Positions 1-10,419 are shown, numbered from the stretch's first letter. The stretch: 39,105 nt of DNA from an uncultured Ruminococcus sp. (GCA_902796545.1 CADBPF010000010.1:1-39105), one strand, 5' to 3'. The notes: generated from the sequence alone by a model not told the origin. Numbers and translations: made by a program.

Positions 1-1419
1 ATCAACGGCTATCAGTCCTGGACCGAAACGCGCGAATTCTACGCCGACGCCCGCGAGCGCGACGTGACCGCCCTGCCCCGGGCGCTGGTGCGCAGCTTCG
101 CGCTGGACCGGTACGGCGACGCGACCTTTTACGAATACGACAAGCGCGTTCTGCACGGATACGACGTGTTCTACGTGAAAGGCAAGACCGGCGCGTTTAT
201 CTGCAACTTGAACGCGAAAAACGCCTATCTGATCGTGGAGGTCGTGCGGCGCATCGGCGCGGTCACGCTCATTTCCGATATTCGCGGCAAAAAGCTCTGT
301 GCGGGCGAAAGCTTCGTGATCTGCGATTATTTCTATCGCGGCAGCTTTGAGGACGGCATCCGCGCGTTTTCCGAGATCTTCCCGGAAAAGCCCGTTTCCG
401 GAATCTTCGGCTATTCCTCCTGGTACAACTATTATCAGAACATTTCCGAAGAGATCCTCCTGCGCGATCTGGACGCGCTTGACGAGCGCTTCAATCTCTT
501 TCAGATCGACGACGGCTACGAGACCTTCGTCGGCGACTGGCTGGACGTGGATCCGCAGAAGTTCCCGAACGGATTAAAGCCCGTACTCGACAAGATCCTG
601 TCGCGCGGGTATCGGGCGGGCATCTGGCTTGCGCCCTTCGTGGCGGAGGAAAAGAGCAGGCTCTATCACGAGCACCGCGACTGGTTCAAGAAAGGCCCGG
701 ACGGTGAATGTGTGAAGTGCGGCTCGAACTGGAGCGGCTTTTACGCGCTGGATCTGGAAAACAAAGACGCGCTCGACTATATCGCAAAATGCTTGAAGCA
801 CTACGCGGATATGGGATTTACTTTCTTCAAGCTTGATTTTCTCTACGCCGCGAATCTTCCCGATTACGACGGAAAAACGCGCAGCGAGGCGGCGGAGTAT
901 GCCTATCGCTTCCTGCGGGAGACGCTCGGCGAGCATCTGATCCTCGGCTGCGGCGCGACCGTGTTCAACGCGCTCGGTAAATTCGACTATCTGCGCGTCG
1001 GTCCGGACGTGTCCTTGAAATTCGACGACGCCTGGTTCATGCGCTTCATGCACCGCGAACGCATCTCCACCAAGGTGACGCTGCAGAACACGATCTACCG
1101 CTCTTTTTTAGACGCGCGTTTCTTCGGCAACGATCCGGACGTGTTTTTACTGCGCGACGAGAACCTCGCTTTGAGTTTCGAGCAAAGACGCGCGCTTGTC
1201 ACGATCAACGCGCTGTTCGGCAGCGTGATGATGACCTCCGACAACCTGTCCGGTTACGACGCGCCGAAACGCGCCCTGCTCGATCAGGCGCTGGAGCTCT
1301 TTAATTCGGCGCGCGTGACGGACTTTTCCAGACGCGGCGATGAGATCACCGTTCACTACACGCTCTCCGGCGCCGAACACACCTTGATCTACGACACCGA
1401 AAAGGGGGTCTTGAAATGA
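1..1419 (+). CDS. Alpha-galactosidase, GH36-like (5' truncated by window)
   Basis: Frame open from base 1 (INGYQSWTE); motifs SSWYNYY, QIDDGY, FKLDF (nucleophile Asp), RVGPD (acid/base Asp). Confidence 0.85.
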   Translation: MNGYQSWTETREFYADARERDVTALPRALVRSFALDRYGDATFYEYDKRVLHGYDVFYVKGKTGAFICNLNAKNAYLIVEVVRRIGAVTLISDIRGKKLCAGESFVICDYFYRGSFEDGIRAFSEIFPEKPVSGIFGYSSWYNYYQNISEEILLRDLDALDERFNLFQIDDGYETFVGDWLDVDPQKFPNGLKPVLDKILSRGYRAGIWLAPFVAEEKSRLYHEHRDWFKKGPDGECVKCGSNWSGFYALDLENKDALDYIAKCLKHYADMGFTFFKLDFLYAANLPDYDGKTRSEAAEYAYRFLRETLGEHLILGCGATVFNALGKFDYLRVGPDVSLKFDDAWFMRFMHRERISTKVTLQNTIYRSFLDARFFGNDPDVFLLRDENLALSFEQRRALVTINALFGSVMMTSDNLSGYDAPKRALLDQALELFNSARVTDFSRRGDEITVHYTLSGAEHTLIYDTEKGVLK

Positions 1420-2858
1420 CCGATAAAACCCGCGTGATCTTCCAAAACCCGATCGACCCGAAAACGATCGCCGCCGCGGAAAGATCCCGCGCGAAATACT
1501 TGAAAAAATACGGCGACGACACGAACGCCGACTACAAAATCAGTTTTATGCCGATCGAAACGCTGTCCCACATCGGCGCGCAGAATATCGTGTTCGGCGA
1601 AACCAACGCCGCTTTCGGCGAAAAGCCGCTGATCGTCGGCAATATCCGCATGGGCTTCGGGCATTACCGCATTTCGATCGCGATGGCGAGCGCGGCGCGG
1701 GCTTTGGGCTTTACGCCCTATTGGCTCGACCTTGCCTCGTTTGACGCGACCGGCAGTAAAATGATCCGCGAGCAAAACGACCTGTATTCCCTCGCCTCGC
1801 GCATTTCGCAGAAATCGCGGCTCTTCAACAAGCTTTTCTGGGAGCCCTTGAACAGCGAGGGCTTCAAAAAGCTCACCTACAACGCAAAGGATCAGAAAAA
1901 CAGCGAGCTGCTCGTGCCGATCTTTCGCAATATCGACCGTTCGATCCCCTATATCGCGACGCACGTCTGGCCGAGTCAGGCGGCGATCCACGCGGGCATG
2001 ACCCGCGTGGTCAACGCGATCCCCGACAACTGGCCGATGGGTCTGCACCTTTCCGAGGGCGCGATCCACACCGTGCAGACGCCGTTTGCGTATCTCGGCT
2101 ACAAGACCTTGAACGGCTTTGCGAAAACGCCCCTGCGCGGCATTCCGGAATCAGACCTCAAAATGGTCGGCTGTTACGTGGATCACGAGCTGCTCGCAAA
2201 CCTTGCCGAGGACAACCGTCTGCGCAAAGAGCGCGCCGCAAACGGCGAGCCTGTGCGGATCATGATGAACGTGGGCGGCGCGGGCGCCGGCGGCGATCTG
2301 TTCACCGCGATGATCGACCACCTGCTCCCCTACGTGGACCGGCACAAGGCCGCGCTCTTTGTAAACGTCGGCGATCACAAGGGCGTGCTCGACAAGATCC
2401 GCGCGCATTTGGGAGATCGCGCGGATCTGAAGGTTTTTTCCGACGACTACGACGCGTTCTGCAAGCACGTTGCAGAAATCCGCGGCGCGGCGGCAAGCGG
2501 TATTACGCTCGTGCATCACGAGTCGATCTTCCCCGCCGTGTATTCCACCAACCTGTTGATGCCGGTCTGCGATCTTCTCGTGACCAAGCCGAGCGAGCTT
2601 GCCTACTATCCGATCCCGAAGCTCTTTATGAAGCACATCGGCGGCCACGAGGTTTACGGCGCGATCTACGGCAGAGAGATCGGCGACGCGACCGACGAAT
2701 ACCCCGGAAAAGACGGGATCTGCGCGGCGCTGGATCGCCTGATCGGCGATCCGGAGATCCTTTGCCACCTCTGCGACCGGATCGACGTTTTGCACGCAAA
2801 CGGCACCTACGACGGCGCGTATCGCTGCGTGAAGCTCGCTTCCGGCATGGAAAGATAA
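1416..2858 (+). CDS. Uncharacterised GT-B-like protein resembling UgtP/MGDG synthase (GT28-like)
   Basis: ATGA overlap with upstream gene; ordered motifs MGFGH, ATH, GGAG, CDLLVTKP, GGHE resemble GT28 glycolipid synthases. Confidence 0.55.
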   Translation: MTDKTRVIFQNPIDPKTIAAAERSRAKYLKKYGDDTNADYKISFMPIETLSHIGAQNIVFGETNAAFGEKPLIVGNIRMGFGHYRISIAMASAARALGFTPYWLDLASFDATGSKMIREQNDLYSLASRISQKSRLFNKLFWEPLNSEGFKKLTYNAKDQKNSELLVPIFRNIDRSIPYIATHVWPSQAAIHAGMTRVVNAIPDNWPMGLHLSEGAIHTVQTPFAYLGYKTLNGFAKTPLRGIPESDLKMVGCYVDHELLANLAEDNRLRKERAANGEPVRIMMNVGGAGAGGDLFTAMIDHLLPYVDRHKAALFVNVGDHKGVLDKIRAHLGDRADLKVFSDDYDAFCKHVAEIRGAAASGITLVHHESIFPAVYSTNLLMPVCDLLVTKPSELAYYPIPKLFMKHIGGHEVYGAIYGREIGDATDEYPGKDGICAALDRLIGDPEILCHLCDRIDVLHANGTYDGAYRCVKLASGMER

Positions 2859-2869
2859 GCGCAAAAACG

Positions 2870-2899
2870 AAAAGCGCAGCACCTTTATGCCGCGCTTTT
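2870..2899. terminator. Bidirectional intrinsic terminator
   Basis: AAAAGCGCAGCA-CCTTTA-TGCCGCGCTTTT (one mismatch) between convergent genes. Confidence 0.6.
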
Positions 2900-2910
2900 G
2901 TTTACCCGGT

Positions 2911-4629
2911 TTATCCCGCCTCCGTAACGGATCGCCAGAGATCGGCGTAAACGCCGTTTTGTTGAAGCAGGCTTTCGTGGTCGCCGCGCTCGGCGATGCC
3001 CTCGTCGGTGACGACCAGGATCTCGTGCGCGCCTTTCACGGTGGTGAGCCGGTGCGCGACGACGATCGTCGTGCGGCCGCGGCACAATTCGTCCAGACTT
3101 TGCTGGATCAAGGCTTCGGTCGCGTTGTCGAGCGCGCTCGTCGCCTCGTCCAGAATCAGAATCGGCGGGTTTTTCAGAAAGACCCGGGCGATCGAGATGC
3201 GCTGCTTCTGCCCGCCGGAAAGCTTCACGCCGCGCTCCCCGGTCACGGTATCGAATCCGTCCGGCAGGCTCATGATGAACTCGTAGATATTCGCTTTTTT
3301 CGCCGCCTCCACGACCTCGTCGAAGCTCGCGTCCGGATTTCCGTAGGCGATATTCTCATAGATCGAGGAATTGAACAAAAACACGTCCTGCGCGACGATG
3401 CCCACGTTGCGCCGCAGGGACGCGCGCGTCATGGTGCGGATATCCCGCCCGTCGATCCGGATCACGCCGGCGTTGATCTCGTAAAAGCGCGGGATCAGAT
3501 GGCAGATCGTGGTCTTGCCGCCGCCCGTCGGCCCGACGAGCGCCAGCGTGCGCCCCGGCTCGACGGAAAACGACACGTCGCGCAGGATCTCGTGCGTGCG
3601 CTCCCCGTAAGAAAACGAGACCGCGTCAAACTCGATCTTCCCTTCTAACGTGCCGACCGCGATCGCGTCCGGCGCGTCCGCTTCCGGCGCGCAGTCCATG
3701 ATCTCGCAAAAACGCGCAAAGCCCGTGATGCCGTTCTGGTACTGCTCCACGAAATTGACAAGCTTCCTGACCGGATTCATAAAGACGCTGATGAACATGA
3801 TAAAGGCGGTCAGATCGGCAAGGTCGATCTTGCCGGAAATGCAGAAAAGCCCGCCGGCGACGTACAGGATCACCTGCAGAATATCGCCGATGAAGCCCGT
3901 GGTGCTGATAAACTGCGCCATGACCCGATACGCGTGCGAGCGCGCCTTTACGAACCTGCGGTTGCCCTCGCCGAAGCGGGCGTTTTCGTACCCGGTCGCG
4001 TCGTAGGCTTTTGCCACGCGGATGCCGGAAATGCTGTTTTCCAGCCCCGCGTTCACTTCCCCGATCTCCACGCGGGTCCGCTTGAACGCCTCCGACATCG
4101 AAACGCGCTTTTTGGCGGCGAACAGCACCATGACGGGAAGCGACAAAAACACGATCAGCGCAAGCGGCAGATAGATGCTCGCCATGATGACAAAGGCGCC
4201 GACAAGCATGATGATCGACAAAAACAGATCCTCCGGCCCGTGGTGCGCGAGCTCCGAAATATCCATCAGATCGTTGATGATCCGGGACATGATCGTGCCG
4301 GTCTTGTTGTCGTCGAAATACTTTAAGGGCAAGGTTTGCAGGTGGGCGAACACCTCTTTGCGCATATCCGCCTGGATCCGCACGCCGACGATGTGCCCGT
4401 AATAGGCGACGAAATAATTGAGCCCGTATTTGATAAGATAGATCCCCGCGAGCATCGCGCCGAAGACCAATAACAGCCGGATCTGCCCGTTGGGGATAAA
4501 CTCGCGCAGCATGGTGCGGGTAATCACGGGATACACGAGATCGCACAAGGCGAGCACGAAAGCGCAGATCATATCCGCGCAAAACAGTTTCACGTGGGGA
4601 CGGTAATATTTTGCAAAGCGGCGGATCAT
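2911..4629 (-). CDS. ABC exporter, fused permease/ATPase
   Basis: N-terminal TM domain; Walker A GPTGGGKT, signature LSGGQKQR, Walker B ILDEATSALD. Confidence 0.95.
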   Translation of the reverse strand: MIRRFAKYYRPHVKLFCADMICAFVLALCDLVYPVITRTMLREFIPNGQIRLLLVFGAMLAGIYLIKYGLNYFVAYYGHIVGVRIQADMRKEVFAHLQTLPLKYFDDNKTGTIMSRIINDLMDISELAHHGPEDLFLSIIMLVGAFVIMASIYLPLALIVFLSLPVMVLFAAKKRVSMSEAFKRTRVEIGEVNAGLENSISGIRVAKAYDATGYENARFGEGNRRFVKARSHAYRVMAQFISTTGFIGDILQVILYVAGGLFCISGKIDLADLTAFIMFISVFMNPVRKLVNFVEQYQNGITGFARFCEIMDCAPEADAPDAIAVGTLEGKIEFDAVSFSYGERTHEILRDVSFSVEPGRTLALVGPTGGGKTTICHLIPRFYEINAGVIRIDGRDIRTMTRASLRRNVGIVAQDVFLFNSSIYENIAYGNPDASFDEVVEAAKKANIYEFIMSLPDGFDTVTGERGVKLSGGQKQRISIARVFLKNPPILILDEATSALDNATEALIQQSLDELCRGRTTIVVAHRLTTVKGAHEILVVTDEGIAERGDHESLLQQNGVYADLWRSVTEAG

Positions 4630-4630
4630 A

Positions 4631-5788
4631 TCAAAACTCCCCGATCGTCCGCGCGCCGGCGGAAAGCCGGACGGGATAGATCCGCGCGTCCAGCCCGAAG
4701 GACTGCCGATAGGCGTCTTTCACCGAGCGGCAAAACGCTTCCTGCGCGTCAAAGCGCACGAGATTCACGGTGCAGCCGCCGAAGCCGCCGCCCGTCATGC
4801 GCGCGCCGTACACGCCGGGCGTGCGGGCGGCAAGATCCACGAGAAAATCGATCTGATCGCAGGATACTTCAAAATCGTCCCGCAGGGAACGGTGGGAGGC
4901 GAACATCAGTTCGCCGAAATCCCCGGCGTTTCCGGCTTCCAGCGCTTCTACCGCGCGTTTCACGCGCGCGTTCTCACTTACCGCGTGGCGGGCGCGGCGG
5001 TACGAAAGATCGTCCAATACCGCTTTGTGCGCTTCTAATTGCGCCTCGGTAAGCGAGCAGAGCGCCAAAGTCGGGATCACGGCGTCCAGCGCCGCCCGCG
5101 CCGCCTCGCACTCGGCGCGGCGCGCGTTATACCCGCCGGAGGAAAGCTTGTGTCTGACCCCGGAATTGACCGCTAAAAAGCCGCAATCGGGAAACTGCGC
5201 GCGAACGTATCGCACCTCTTTGTGAAAAGTATCGAGCAAGAGCGCATGATCCTTTTTGGAAAGCGCCGACGCGAATTGATCCATGATGCCGCAGTTCACG
5301 CCGAGCAGTTCGTTTTCCGCGCTCCAGGCGATTTCTGCAAGCTCAACGCGCCCGGGATCCAACTGAAAAAGCGCGCTGATCGCAAAGGCGCAGGCGACTT
5401 CCAGCGCCGCGGACGAGGAAAGCCCCGCGCCGTAGTCGAGATCGCCGTAAAAATATAATTTCGCGCCCTGCGAAAAGCGGTAACCCGCGCGCAAAAACGC
5501 CAAAACCACGCAGACCGGATAATCCGCCCAGCCTCCGCTCAAAGTCAGCTTGTCCGCCGCAAGCGAAACGGGAGCGGACGGAAAACTCTCGGAATAAAAC
5601 GAAAACCCGCCCTCCGGATCGGGCGCGGCAAGACAAACGACGCCCTGCTCTATGGCGCAGGGCAGCACGTATCCGCCGTTATAATCCGTGTGCTCGCCGA
5701 TCAGATTGACTCTGCCCGGCGCAAAGGCGCATACCTCGGGCAGACGCCGGAAAACGCGCTGAAACGCCTCTTTTTTCGATCCTGTCAT
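4631..5788 (-). CDS. galK: Galactokinase
   Basis: GRVNLIGEHTDYN, GAGLSSSAA, GARMTGGGFGG; ATG at 5788 close behind GAGGTG (TTT-preceded GTG start at 5794 is the ORF-track alternative). Confidence 0.95.
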   Translation of the reverse strand: MTGSKKEAFQRVFRRLPEVCAFAPGRVNLIGEHTDYNGGYVLPCAIEQGVVCLAAPDPEGGFSFYSESFPSAPVSLAADKLTLSGGWADYPVCVVLAFLRAGYRFSQGAKLYFYGDLDYGAGLSSSAALEVACAFAISALFQLDPGRVELAEIAWSAENELLGVNCGIMDQFASALSKKDHALLLDTFHKEVRYVRAQFPDCGFLAVNSGVRHKLSSGGYNARRAECEAARAALDAVIPTLALCSLTEAQLEAHKAVLDDLSYRRARHAVSENARVKRAVEALEAGNAGDFGELMFASHRSLRDDFEVSCDQIDFLVDLAARTPGVYGARMTGGGFGGCTVNLVRFDAQEAFCRSVKDAYRQSFGLDARIYPVRLSAGARTIGEF

Positions 5789-5812
5789 AAACACCTCGTA
5801 AAACGCAGGATC

Positions 5813-5841
5813 ATTATACCAAAACGACCGGGATCTGACAA
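5813..5841 (-). promoter_or_regulatory. Sigma-A promoter for galK-ABC
   Basis: TTGTCA-17-TATAAT with extended TG. Confidence 0.75.
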
Positions 5842-5870
5842 GAGTTCCCGAAGAATCTCCGCTTTTCCTC

Positions 5871-5899
5871 TTGATTTTTGGTATAAACTATGTTATATT
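5871..5899 (+). promoter_or_regulatory. Sigma-A promoter for the GGDEF gene
   Basis: TTGATT-17-TATATT with extended TG. Confidence 0.6.
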
Positions 5900-5936
5900 T
5901 ATTATTTAGAAATTCTTCACCTTATCAGGAGCTGCC

Positions 5937-7292
5937 ATGAAAGAACGGACTGCGGCGGAAAAACGGGGCGTGCGTTTGCGCACGACCAATTTCGTTATGG
6001 TCGCGATCGCCCTGATCCTCAGCGTGGCGCTCTTTCTTTCGGTCTATCAGACCAACGACAGTTACGAAAAGACCAGAGAAGCCGCGGAGAACTATATCAC
6101 GCTGCAAAAGTGCGCGCAAAGCATGCAGGATTCTTCGGATTATCTGACCGAACAGGTGCGCGGCTTTATCATGACCGGCGCCTCCGAATATCTCGACAAT
6201 TACTTTCACGAAGCAAACGTTTCCAGACGCCGCGACCAGGCTTTGGCGACCTTAAAAGAACACCTCGGCGAAACCGAAACCTATTTTGCCCTGGAAGCCG
6301 CGATGAACGGTTCCGTGGATCTGATGCAGGTCGAATGCTACGCCATGCGGCTCGCAGTCGACGCCTACGGATATCGCCTCGCCGACGCCCCGGTCGAGAT
6401 CCAAAGCGTCGTTCTGAGCGAGAACGATCTGACGCTGGATTCGCAGGAGCTGCAAACCCTTGCCCGCGAGCTTGTGTTCAACGACGCGTACCGCGAACAA
6501 AAAGAGAAGATCAGTTCCAACACCCGCCGGTGTCTTGTGGGACTGGAAGAAGAGGCGGAAACCAATCAGACCACCGAGGCGGATCACCTGCGCGATCTTC
6601 TGCTCCAACAGCAGGTGCTGATCGCCGCGCTGATCGCAACGATCTTGGGCTATGCGCTGATCGTCTCCGTCCAGGTCGTTGCTCCCCTGTTGCGCGCGAT
6701 CCCGCGCATCCGCGAGGGCAAGTCCATCCCCGTGCGCGGCGCAAAGGAATTCCGCTTTCTTGCCCGCACCTATAACCGGATGTCGGAAGCCAACCGCAAG
6801 AGCAAAAAGCGCCTGATCTACGAGGCGCGCCACGACCAGCTCACCGACTTGCTCAACCGCAACGGCTACGAGTCCCTCACCCAGTCGATCGATCCCTCCA
6901 ACTCCGTGCTGCTGCTCATCGATATCGACCACTTCAAGAGCATCAACGACACCTACGGACACGACGTGGGCGATAAGGTGCTGGAACTGGTCGCGGACAC
7001 GCTGAAAGCAAACTTCCGCGAAAACGATTATATCTTCCGTTTCGGCGGCGACGAATTTGCCGTCATTATGCAGGACGCGGACAAAAACTGCCGCGAACTG
7101 ATCGTAAACAAGGCGGCACGGATCAACGAGTCGCTGTCCGAAAAGCGCGAGGGCGTTCCCGTGGTGAGCGTTTCCGTGGGCGTTGCCTTCGGCAAGGAAG
7201 AAAGCGAGTCGCAAAACCTGTTCAAGGAAGCGGATATCGCACTCTACCGCGTGAAGGAAAATAAGCGCGGCGGCGTGGAATTTTTCGCGTAA
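5937..7292 (+). CDS. Membrane-anchored diguanylate cyclase
   Basis: Two hydrophobic segments flanking a sensor region; DQLTDLLNR, DIDHFKSINDTYGH, RxxD I-site (REND), intact GGDEF. Confidence 0.92.
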   Translation: MKERTAAEKRGVRLRTTNFVMVAIALILSVALFLSVYQTNDSYEKTREAAENYITLQKCAQSMQDSSDYLTEQVRGFIMTGASEYLDNYFHEANVSRRRDQALATLKEHLGETETYFALEAAMNGSVDLMQVECYAMRLAVDAYGYRLADAPVEIQSVVLSENDLTLDSQELQTLARELVFNDAYREQKEKISSNTRRCLVGLEEEAETNQTTEADHLRDLLLQQQVLIAALIATILGYALIVSVQVVAPLLRAIPRIREGKSIPVRGAKEFRFLARTYNRMSEANRKSKKRLIYEARHDQLTDLLNRNGYESLTQSIDPSNSVLLLIDIDHFKSINDTYGHDVGDKVLELVADTLKANFRENDYIFRFGGDEFAVIMQDADKNCRELIVNKAARINESLSEKREGVPVVSVSVGVAFGKEESESQNLFKEADIALYRVKENKRGGVEFFA

Positions 7293-7307
7293 AGATCCCG
7301 TGTTTTG

Positions 7308-7338
7308 GCGCCGGAAGGATCCCTTTCGGCGCTTTTTT
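7308..7338 (+). terminator. Intrinsic terminator
   Basis: GCGCCGGAAGG-ATC-CCTTTCGGCGC followed by T6. Confidence 0.75.
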
Positions 7339-7339
7339 C

Positions 7340-7368
7340 TTGAAAAACGGCGGAAAAAATGCTATACT
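7340..7368 (+). promoter_or_regulatory. Sigma-A promoter for fprA
   Basis: TTGAAA-17-TATACT with extended TG. Confidence 0.75.
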
Positions 7369-7400
7369 TTTTCCAACATACGAAGGAGGGTTTTCCGTTT

Positions 7401-8591
7401 ATGAAACGACCGATCAAAGCAAACGTGAGCTGGGTGGGCTATCTCGACTGGGAGCTTGAGAGCTTTCACGGCGACGATTATTCCATTTTCAACGGCTCCA
7501 GCCAGAACGCCTATCTGATCGAAGAGGAAAAGACCGTTCTGATCGATACCGTCTGGATCCCCCACCGTTTTGATTTCGTGGAAAATTTAGAAAAAGAGAT
7601 CGATCTTGACAAGATCGACTTTATCGTTGCAAACCACGGCGAATGCGACCATTCCGGCGCTTTGACCGCGCTGATGGAGAAGATCCCGAACACGCCGATC
7701 TACTGCACGCAGAGCGCCGTGCAGAGCCTGAAAGGTCAATACGGCGACCGCGGCTGGGATCTGCGCGTGGTCAAGACCGGGGACACCCTCGATATCGGGC
7801 ACGGCAAACAACTCGTGTTTCTCGAGATGAAGATGCTCCATTGGCCGGATTCGATGGCGACCTATCTGACCGGCGACAATATCCTTTTCTCCAACGACGC
7901 CTTCGGTCAGCATTTCGCGGTGGAAGAGCTCTTCAACGACAAAGCCGATCAGTGCCTCTTATACAAAGAAGCGATCAAGTATTACGTGAATATCTTGAAC
8001 CCCTTCTCCCCGCTCGTGAAACGCAAGATCGAGGAGATCAAGGGGCTCGATCTGCCGATCGACGTGATCGCGCCCTCCCACGGGGCGATCTGGAGAGAAA
8101 ACCCGATGCAGATCGTGGAGCAGTACGCGATCTGGGCAGACGCCTATCAGGAAAATCAGATCACCGTTTGCTACGACACCATGTGGGAAGGCACCTCGAA
8201 ACTCGCGCACGCGATCGCAAACGAGATCCACAACCAAAGCCCGGAGACCGTGGTCAAGGTCTTCAACGTGGCGAAATCGGACAAAAACGAAGTGATGACG
8301 GAGATCTTCAAATCCCGCGCGATCGCGCTCGGCAGTCCGACGGTATCCAACAGCATCCTTTCGAGCGTGGCGGGCTTTTTGGAATTTGCCAAGCAGTTGA
8401 AATTCAAAAACAAGCGCGCCGCGGCGTTCGGCTGTTACGGCTGGAGCGGTGAGAGCGTGAAGATCCTAAAAGAAAAACTGGCGGAAGCGGGCTTTACGGT
8501 CACAGAAGAGGAGATCCGCTCTCAATGGAACCCGGGGAAAGCCGATTTTGCGCAGGTCCCCGCGCTGGTAAAAGAACTGATCGCAAAATGA
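7401..8591 (+). CDS. fprA: Flavodiiron protein (O2/NO reductase; MBL + flavodoxin, no rubredoxin domain)
   Basis: NHGECDH, HWPD, SNDAFGQH, PSHG, flavodoxin FGCYGWSGE; AAGGAGG upstream of ATG 7401. Confidence 0.9.
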   Translation: MKRPIKANVSWVGYLDWELESFHGDDYSIFNGSSQNAYLIEEEKTVLIDTVWIPHRFDFVENLEKEIDLDKIDFIVANHGECDHSGALTALMEKIPNTPIYCTQSAVQSLKGQYGDRGWDLRVVKTGDTLDIGHGKQLVFLEMKMLHWPDSMATYLTGDNILFSNDAFGQHFAVEELFNDKADQCLLYKEAIKYYVNILNPFSPLVKRKIEEIKGLDLPIDVIAPSHGAIWRENPMQIVEQYAIWADAYQENQITVCYDTMWEGTSKLAHAIANEIHNQSPETVVKVFNVAKSDKNEVMTEIFKSRAIALGSPTVSNSILSSVAGFLEFAKQLKFKNKRAAAFGCYGWSGESVKILKEKLAEAGFTVTEEEIRSQWNPGKADFAQVPALVKELIAK

Positions 8592-8606
8592 TCCCGCAAA
8601 ACTACA

Positions 8607-8634
8607 AAAGGCGACGGCAAATGCCGTCGCCTTT
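8607..8634. terminator. Bidirectional intrinsic terminator
   Basis: AAAGGCGACGGCA-AA-TGCCGTCGCCTTT between convergent genes. Confidence 0.85.
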
Positions 8635-8645
8635 CGTTTTACTTT

Positions 8646-10379
8646 TTACGCGCTTGGTTCGTTTCTGCCGCCGGGAGGATCGCCGCCCATTCCGCTCTGC
8701 TCGCCCATATCGCCGGGGCTTGCGCCCATGCCTTGATCGCCCATACCGCCGAAAGCGGAGCCGCTTGCGGCGCTTCCGACAGTATTGAGCGTATCGGAAA
8801 GCGTGATCTCGTATTCGGTCTGACCGATCGTGACGGTATAGCTTTCGCCGAGCGTAAACTCCGGGATACTGACGATCGCCGAAGAAAAGCCGTAGGGGAT
8901 CGTTTCTTCCAAAAGCGTGTTGCCTTGCGCGTCGGCGATGCGTAAGGTACTCTGATCGCCCGTTGCCTCAACCCCGAGTAAGACCGAGGCTTGCGCGGAG
9001 CCGGAGGTGAAGTTTTCCGCCATGGAGCCGTTGCAGCAGCCGACGACCGTGCCGCCCGAGATCTCGCAGACCCCGCCGGACTCGCTTGCGTAATCGAAGG
9101 CGTTGTTGCCGGCATTGTTTGCCGCGCTCACGAGCACCTTGCCGCCGGTGATGAAAATATCGCCGTTGGAGTCGATGCAGTCCGCGTCCTGCCCCGTGGG
9201 GTTATAGATGCGCGTGGTGCCGCCGGAGATCAGAACGTAGATCCCGTTTGCGGAGGTTTCGGCAGTGCTCGTTTCAAAATCCCCCGTGCTCCCGGCGCTT
9301 GCCGGCGCATTGCCGGGCGCGCCTCCGTTCCCGACTCCGCCCGTCCCGCCGGGCGCAGAGCTGCCGGACCCGTCGGACGCGTTGATCCCGTCGTCGCTGC
9401 AATAGATCGTAAGGTCGCCGCCTGAAATCGTGACGGTCACGCCCTCCAGACCCTCGTAGCAGTTTTCGATCAACAGCGTGCCGTTTTCCCAAAGAAGGTC
9501 GGTGTCCGAATGGATCCCGTCGTCGCCGGCGGTGATCGTGAAGGTCCCGCCCGAGACCGTGATCGCGCCCACGGCGTTCACGCCGTCGTCGCCGGCGGTG
9601 ATCGCAAAGGTGCCGGACTCGATATAGAGATAGCCGTTCTCCCCCGCGACGCTGATCCCCTCGTCTGAAGCGTTCACGGTGAGATTCGCGCTTGTAACGC
9701 GGATACTGTCGTTTGCGCGGATCCCGTCGCCCGCGGACGCGTTTACCGTGATCGTACCGCCCGTGATGACCAGATCGTCGTTTGCGGAGATTCCGTGCTT
9801 GTAAGACGCGCTGACGGATAAGGCGCCCGAGCCGTTGATCGTGAGATCGTCGTGGGAAAAGATCGCGCCGTCCGCGCCGTCTGAAATCGCCGCGCTGGAA
9901 TACGTATCGCCGGAAACGAAGGTGTTTTCGGTGTTTTCCGCCAAGGTCAGGAACACTTTGTCCGCGTTTGCGACCCGAAACGCCGCGTTGTCCGAGCAGG
10001 TGATCGAGACGCCGTTTAAGAGGATATGCACCTTTGCGGTGTTCTCGGCGTCCACCACGAGCGCGCCGTCGGAAAGCGTTCCCGTGACCTCGTAATAGCC
10101 GTCGGAGGCGATGACCACGGTGTTTTGATACTGATACGTCCCCTTGCCCGTGAATGTGGAGCCAGAATCGGACAGGACGATCGTGTTTGCGTTTTCCCTG
10201 TCCCAGGTGCCGTTCAGATCCGCGTTGGTGAAATATTTCGCGTCGGAACCAGCTTCCGAATCCTCGTCCACGACAAGCGTGATCCCGAGCGCCTCGCCGT
10301 TCATGAACAAAACGGTGAGGATCAGCGCAAAGATCATCACGATCACGCAGATAAGATCGATCCGTTTGTGGGATGACAT
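8646..10379 (-). CDS. Membrane-anchored carbohydrate-binding-domain protein (Cthe_2159-like beta-helix)
   Basis: N-terminal TM; repeated 'ISGGTxxIxAxDDGI' coils; YEGLEG; DCIDSNG; G/M/P-rich low-complexity tail. Confidence 0.8.
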   Translation of the reverse strand: MSSHKRIDLICVIVMIFALILTVLFMNGEALGITLVVDEDSEAGSDAKYFTNADLNGTWDRENANTIVLSDSGSTFTGKGTYQYQNTVVIASDGYYEVTGTLSDGALVVDAENTAKVHILLNGVSITCSDNAAFRVANADKVFLTLAENTENTFVSGDTYSSAAISDGADGAIFSHDDLTINGSGALSVSASYKHGISANDDLVITGGTITVNASAGDGIRANDSIRVTSANLTVNASDEGISVAGENGYLYIESGTFAITAGDDGVNAVGAITVSGGTFTITAGDDGIHSDTDLLWENGTLLIENCYEGLEGVTVTISGGDLTIYCSDDGINASDGSGSSAPGGTGGVGNGGAPGNAPASAGSTGDFETSTAETSANGIYVLISGGTTRIYNPTGQDADCIDSNGDIFITGGKVLVSAANNAGNNAFDYASESGGVCEISGGTVVGCCNGSMAENFTSGSAQASVLLGVEATGDQSTLRIADAQGNTLLEETIPYGFSSAIVSIPEFTLGESYTVTIGQTEYEITLSDTLNTVGSAASGSAFGGMGDQGMGASPGDMGEQSGMGGDPPGGRNEPSA

Positions 10380-10419
10380 CGGGTTTACTCCTTATCGAAC
10401 ATCGGTTTTTTTGCGTGCG

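Noticed and set aside
9500-9620. Near-duplicate DNA encoding 'GTFxITAGDDG' twice
   Set aside because: Ordinary beta-helix coil repeats within the Cthe_2159-like protein
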